Below are positions 59,260 through 64,000 of a stretch of 64,000 nucleotides of DNA, one piece after another. Each line of letters begins with the position of its first letter. Position 1 is the stretch's first letter. Origin of the DNA: Bacilli bacterium (GTDB taxonomy: Bacteria; Bacillota_I; Bacilli_A; RF39; UBA660); the NCBI GenBank assembly GCA_045125935.1, contig JBGVNW010000014.1, positions 15,649 to 79,648 on the forward strand, read 5' to 3'. A model generated the notes under the pieces. The model had not been told where the DNA came from, made no database searches, and was given only the letters and a program-made list of their open reading frames with translations. The translations under genes and the position numbers were made by a program.

Positions 59260-60342
59260 TTGAGCAAAGTAATAGTTAAATTAGAAAATTTTTGTAAAAG
59301 TTATGGTAAAAAAGAAATTATTAAGAATCTAAATTTAGAAGTATATGAAGGTGAATTTCTAACATTACTAGGTGCCAGCGGTTGTGGAAAAACAACTATT
59401 CTAAGATCTATATCTGGAATTGATAATGTAACATCAGGAAAAATTTATTTAGATGGGGAAGATGTTACCAATTTAGATGCTACAAGAAGAGAAGTTAATA
59501 CAATTTTCCAAAATTATGCACTTTTTCCACACATGACTGTAGAAGAAAATATTGGATTTGGTTTAAAAATGAAAGGAGTAGAAAAAAATAAAATAGAAAA
59601 AAGAGTCAAAGAAATGCTTGACCTAGTTCGACTTAAAGGTTATGAAAAAAGAATGCCATCTCAACTATCAGGCGGAGAACAACAACGTGTCTCAATCGCA
59701 AGAGGGCTAATCAATAAACCCAAGGTTTTATTACTAGATGAGCCGATTTCTGCACTAGATTTGAAGTTGAAAAAACAAATGCAAGTCGAACTAAAACAAC
59801 TTCAAAGAAAAACTGGAATAACATTTATTTATGTTACTCATAATCAAGATGAAGCCCTAACAATGAGTAACAGAATAGTGCTTTTGAACAATGGTAAAAT
59901 AGAACAAATAGATACTCCCGAAAATATTTATCGTCACCCAGTGTCAAAATATGTAGCTGATTTCATTGGCGAATCAACAATTTTTAATGCTGTAGTTGAT
60001 TACGTTGAACCAAATTATACCTTTTGTACATTAGAAAACAAATATAGAATAAAAATAAGAAGTAATAATTATGAAGCTGATGAAAAATTACAAATTGTAT
60101 TTAGACCAGAAGATGTTCGCTTATCTACAAAAGAAAAAGACTATCAATCAATGCCAATTATAATAAAAGAAAATATTTATGACGGTTCATTAACTAAAGT
60201 AATTGCTGATATGGATGGAAAAGAGACTAAAATATCTGTAGATAAAGATGGTAGAACATACGATATAGGAACAGAACTTTATATGGTATGGGATGTAAAA
60301 GATATAATTGTAATAAGGAAAAATCAAAATGAAAAAGCATAG
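59260..60342 (+). CDS. potA: Spermidine/putrescine ABC transporter ATPase
   Basis: GASGCGKT, VNTIFQNYALFPH, LSGG; likely TTG start at 59260. Confidence 0.9.
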   Translation: MSKVIVKLENFCKSYGKKEIIKNLNLEVYEGEFLTLLGASGCGKTTILRSISGIDNVTSGKIYLDGEDVTNLDATRREVNTIFQNYALFPHMTVEENIGFGLKMKGVEKNKIEKRVKEMLDLVRLKGYEKRMPSQLSGGEQQRVSIARGLINKPKVLLLDEPISALDLKLKKQMQVELKQLQRKTGITFIYVTHNQDEALTMSNRIVLLNNGKIEQIDTPENIYRHPVSKYVADFIGESTIFNAVVDYVEPNYTFCTLENKYRIKIRSNNYEADEKLQIVFRPEDVRLSTKEKDYQSMPIIIKENIYDGSLTKVIADMDGKETKISVDKDGRTYDIGTELYMVWDVKDIIVIRKNQNEKA

Positions 60343-61189
60343 AGATTTCTTTAAAATAGCAATTAATCTACCCATAATAATCTATACTTTAGTTTTAGTC
60401 TTATTACCATTACTATATATTTTTGTAATCAGTTTCTTTAAAAATGACATTTATGGTGGAATAATTACACAAGTTACTATGCAAAATTATATTCGCATAT
60501 TTGATCCAGTCTATATTGGGGTGTTTTTAAAATCATTCGCCATAGCTATAATTTCAACGCTAATTTGTATATTAATTGCTTATCCATTCTGTATTTACGT
60601 ATCAAGAAAAAATGAAATTACTAAAAGTGTGTTAATGACTCTCGTAATCGTTCCATTCTTAACTAATTCTCTTATCAGAATGTATGGTTGGATAACCTTA
60701 CTTAGAAAATCAGGAGTAGTAAATACATTTCTCCTAAATGCCAATTTAATTGAATCCCCTCTAGAGTTAATGTATAACTATGGAACTATTATTCTCGGAA
60801 TGGTCTACACTTTACTACCATTTATGATTCTTCCATTATATAGTTCTGTCAGTAAAATTAATCAATCTATAATTAATGCATCCCATGACTTAGGTGCTGG
60901 TAACTGGAAAACATTTACTAAAATTATTTTTCCGCTGACAATCCCAGGATTATTTAATGGAGCTCTAATGGTCTTTATTCCATCTTTAGCATACTTCTTC
61001 ATTTCAGATATTCTTGGCGGTGGAAAAGCAATGTTAATTGGAAATTTAATTAAAAATCAATTCTTGACTGCCAGAAATTGGCCTTTTGGAGCAGCTATTT
61101 CAATAGTATTATTAATAATTACATTCATCCTAGTTGCAATTTATAAAAAACTAGGTGGAGAAATGGATGATTTAGGAGGTGGTCTATAA
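60329..61189 (+). CDS. potB: Polyamine ABC permease
   Basis: LPFMILPLY, A.HDLGA, RNWPFGAA. Confidence 0.88.
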   Translation: MKKHRDFFKIAINLPIIIYTLVLVLLPLLYIFVISFFKNDIYGGIITQVTMQNYIRIFDPVYIGVFLKSFAIAIISTLICILIAYPFCIYVSRKNEITKSVLMTLVIVPFLTNSLIRMYGWITLLRKSGVVNTFLLNANLIESPLELMYNYGTIILGMVYTLLPFMILPLYSSVSKINQSIINASHDLGAGNWKTFTKIIFPLTIPGLFNGALMVFIPSLAYFFISDILGGGKAMLIGNLIKNQFLTARNWPFGAAISIVLLIITFILVAIYKKLGGEMDDLGGGL

Positions 61190-61983
61190 TGAAAAGACAT
61201 CCTAAATTAGAAAATATCTATATTGGATTAGTCTTCTTGTTTTTATTCTTACCAATAATTGTATTAGTTTTCTATTCGTTTAATACATCAAAACTAAATA
61301 TTAATTTTGAAGGATTTACTCTAAAATGGTATGTCGAATTATTTAGAAACAAAGACTTACTTGAAGCTTTTAAAAACACAATGATAGTTGGCCTAACAAG
61401 CACAACCATATCTACAGTAATTGGTACAATCTCAGCAATAGGTCTAAAAAAATACGACTTTCCTGGAAAGAAATTTATTAATAATTTATTATATATCCCT
61501 GTAATTATACCGGAAATAGTTTTAGGTATTTCTCTATTATCAATTTATACTGTATTAAAACTGGAATTAGGACTTGCTACATTGATTCTTTCACATATTG
61601 TCTTTTCGATACCATATGTATTAATTTCAGTCAGATCAAGTCTCGCTGCTTCCAGCCCAAACTTAGAAGAGGCTGCTGCCGATTTGGGTGCTAGTAAATT
61701 AAAAACATTATGGTATATAACTATTCCAACCGCTTATCCAGGAATCAAAAGTGGTGCACTTCTAGCATTCACCTTATCACTAGATGATGTTGTAATTAGT
61801 TATTTTACAGCTGGTCCTGGAAGTAACACTCTACCATTAAAATTATTTTCCATGATAAAGACTGGAGTTTCCCCAGATGTAAATGCTTTATCTACATTGA
61901 TTTTACTTGTAACGGTCATAATTTTAACAACATCAACGATTATTCAAGTTAGAGATATTAGAAAGTTACAGGTGAAAAGATGA
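61189..61983 (+). CDS. potC: Polyamine ABC permease
   Basis: FTLKWY, EEAAADLGA, FTLSLDD, TLPL, P.VNA. Confidence 0.88.
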   Translation: MKRHPKLENIYIGLVFLFLFLPIIVLVFYSFNTSKLNINFEGFTLKWYVELFRNKDLLEAFKNTMIVGLTSTTISTVIGTISAIGLKKYDFPGKKFINNLLYIPVIIPEIVLGISLLSIYTVLKLELGLATLILSHIVFSIPYVLISVRSSLAASSPNLEEAAADLGASKLKTLWYITIPTAYPGIKSGALLAFTLSLDDVVISYFTAGPGSNTLPLKLFSMIKTGVSPDVNALSTLILLVTVIILTTSTIIQVRDIRKLQVKR

Positions 61984-63008
61984 AAAAGAAAATATTTATA
62001 GTTTTATTATTATTGTTACTCACAACAGGTTGTGGAAAAAACAAAAGTAAAGAAGAATTGAATGTCCTAAACTGGTCATCATATATCCCGGACAGTGTAA
62101 TTCATGATTTTGAAGATGAAACAGGAATAGAAGTAAATTATGGAACTTATTCTTCAAACGAAGAATGTCTTGCAAAAGTTCAATCTGCAAAAGAAGGTAC
62201 ATATGATTTAATATTTCCAAGCGATTATATGGTTAGTCTATTAATTGAAAAAGAAATGCTACAGAAATTAGATAAAACTAAAATATCAAATTTATCTAAT
62301 CTAAAACAACAATATTTAAATCAAGATTATGATCCTTATAATGAGTATTCACTACCATTTTTAGCAGCAACAACAGTAATTGCTTATAATAAAAAAAATA
62401 TCACTGAGCCAATTGCTTTATATAATGATTTACTAAATGAAAAATATAAAAATAATATTGTAATATTAGATGATCAGCGAATTGTCATTGGAATGGCACT
62501 TCAAGCTCTAGGTTATAATATAAATGAAACTGAGGAACAAAAACTAAAAGAAGCTAAGAACTGGCTCTTAAAATTAAAGCCTAACATTAAAGCTTTCGAT
62601 AGTGATTCACCAAAAACATTTTTAATATCAAAAGAAGTAGATATTGGCCTTATGTGGAATGCTGAAGCTGCTATTGCTATGGAGGAAAATTCCGACATTG
62701 ATGTAGTTTATGCTAAGGAAGGGGCAAGTATTAGTATAGATAATTATGTTATCTTAAAAGGAGCAAAAAATACTGATAATGCCCATAAATTTATTAATTA
62801 TTTATTAAGACCAGAAATTATGAAACAAATAATCGAGTCATATCCATACAATAATGTTAATAAAGAAACTCAAAATTTATTAAGTCTGGATTATCTAAAT
62901 AATCCAGCCACAAATACACCCGATCCTGAGTTAGAAAAAGCTCAGTTTATAAAGAACATTGGGGAGTCTATTTTAGACTATGATAGGCTATGGGCTGAAA
63001 TAAAATAA
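61980..63008 (+). CDS. potD: Polyamine-binding lipoprotein
   Basis: Lipobox TTGC, NWSSYI, SNE, PSDY, FINYL. Confidence 0.88.
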   Translation: MKKKIFIVLLLLLLTTGCGKNKSKEELNVLNWSSYIPDSVIHDFEDETGIEVNYGTYSSNEECLAKVQSAKEGTYDLIFPSDYMVSLLIEKEMLQKLDKTKISNLSNLKQQYLNQDYDPYNEYSLPFLAATTVIAYNKKNITEPIALYNDLLNEKYKNNIVILDDQRIVIGMALQALGYNINETEEQKLKEAKNWLLKLKPNIKAFDSDSPKTFLISKEVDIGLMWNAEAAIAMEENSDIDVVYAKEGASISIDNYVILKGAKNTDNAHKFINYLLRPEIMKQIIESYPYNNVNKETQNLLSLDYLNNPATNTPDPELEKAQFIKNIGESILDYDRLWAEIK

Positions 63009-63075
63009 AGCCAATTGCCAGAATAAAAAAAGTGTGATATTCTTAAGGTACAATACAATAGGAAGGAGTGAAAAT

Positions 63076-64000
63076 ATGCCAAGGGTAAAAAACTACGTTG
63101 ACACAACAAATTTCACAAAGGAGGAACTACAAGACATAATTGATGTTAGCCGTTTAATTAAGGCTCATGTTAAAGCAGGTTTTCATTTAAATGTTTTATA
63201 CCAAAAAACATTAGGTATGATATTTGAACAAAAATCAACTAGAACAAGAGTTTCTTTTGAAACAGCTATGACACAATTAGGAGGACATGCACAATATCTT
63301 GCGCCTGGTCAAATTCAATTAGGAGAACATGAATCATTATATGATACAGCAAAAGTTCTTGGACGCCTAACTGATGTATTAATGGCCAGAGTAATTAAAC
63401 ACGAAAGTGTTGAATTATTAGCAGAACATGCAGGTGTTCCAGTAATCAATGGTATGAGTGATTATAATCACCCAACTCAAGAAATGGGAGATATTATCAC
63501 AATGCTAGAGCATTTACCAGCAGGAAAAAGATTTGAAGACTGTAAAGTGGTTTTCATGGGAGATTGTACTCAAGTTTGTGCATCATTAATGATGATTGTT
63601 ACAAAAATGGGTGGAAACTTTGTACACTGTGGTCCTGAAGGTTTCCAATTAAGAGGAGATTATTTAAGAATCGCAGAAGAAAACTGTCGTGTTTCTGGTG
63701 GTACTTATCTAATAACTGATGATCCAGAAGTTGCACTAAAAGATGCAGACTTTGTATATGGAGACGTATGGTATGGTTTATATGAAGCTGAATTACCAAA
63801 AGAAGAGAGAATGAGAATTTTCTATCCTAAGTATCAAGTTAATATGGATGCTATCAAAAAATGTTCTCCAAACGTAAAGTATATGCACTGTTTACCAGCT
63901 ACTCGTGGAGAAGAGGTTACTGATGAAGTAATTGATTCTGAATATTCAATTGTATTCGATCAAGCTGAAAATCGTCTAACAGCAATGCGCGGCTTACTTG
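63076..64000 (+). CDS. ptcA: Putrescine carbamoyltransferase (3'-truncated by window edge; not in ORF track)
   Basis: Hand translation: [19 protein letters not shown] (PTC-type loop), HCLP, QAENR; AAGGAG SD. Confidence 0.88.
   Translation, partial: MPRVKNYVDTTNFTKEELQDIIDVSRLIKAHVKAGFHLNVLYQKTLGMIFEQKSTRTRVSFETAMTQLGGHAQYLAPGQIQLGEHESLYDTAKVLGRLTDVLMARVIKHESVELLAEHAGVPVINGMSDYNHPTQEMGDIITMLEHLPAGKRFEDCKVVFMGDCTQVCASLMMIVTKMGGNFVHCGPEGFQLRGDYLRIAEENCRVSGGTYLITDDPEVALKDADFVYGDVWYGLYEAELPKEERMRIFYPKYQVNMDAIKKCSPNVKYMHCLPATRGEEVTDEVIDSEYSIVFDQAENRLTAMRGLL

Noticed and set aside
4670..63799. Short overlapping or antisense ORFs (e.g. 4670-4948, 24309-24791, 37133-37522, 42815-43228, 63599-63799)
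   Set aside because: They shadow well-supported genes and show no recognisable motifs.
1..64000. Mollicute-type UGA=Trp recoding
   Set aside because: prfB is intact, TGA ends several genes, and cell-wall genes are present.

Overview
Very AT-rich chromosomal window from a streamlined Bacillota (Bacilli-like) genome using the standard genetic code. It is mostly housekeeping genes in a compressed Bacillus-like order: ychF, rpsF-ssb-rpsR, DHH-rplI-dnaB, walJ-like/rlmH, argS-rpoE-prfA-prmC-spoIIR-mntP-fba-murA-rpmE-rpiB-spoIIQ-like-mbl-tagO, hpf-secA ... prfB-yitT x2-ftsEX, ABC exporters, potABCD and a partial putrescine carbamoyltransferase. Main observations: (1) about 12.6 kb of accessory DNA lies between secA and prfB. 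It starts with a tandem array of small integrase-less cassettes. Each is bounded by a copy of the last 14 secA codons (SEC-C motif) and carries its own 11-bp arm-like repeats at both ends. (2) The same island holds a four-gene operon with a radical SAM/SPASM enzyme, an LRR protein and Zn-ribbon membrane proteins. (3) There is a complete convergent agr locus, including a 40-aa AgrD missed by the ORF track, with tandem Spo0A-like boxes upstream of agrB. (4) prfA and prfB share a near-identical GGQ-domain segment at DNA level, suggesting gene conversion. (5) A leader-peptide attenuator precedes an ABC exporter that is flanked by a papain-fold-like gene and a double-glycine-motif peptide. All calls come from reading motifs by eye; no database searches were run.
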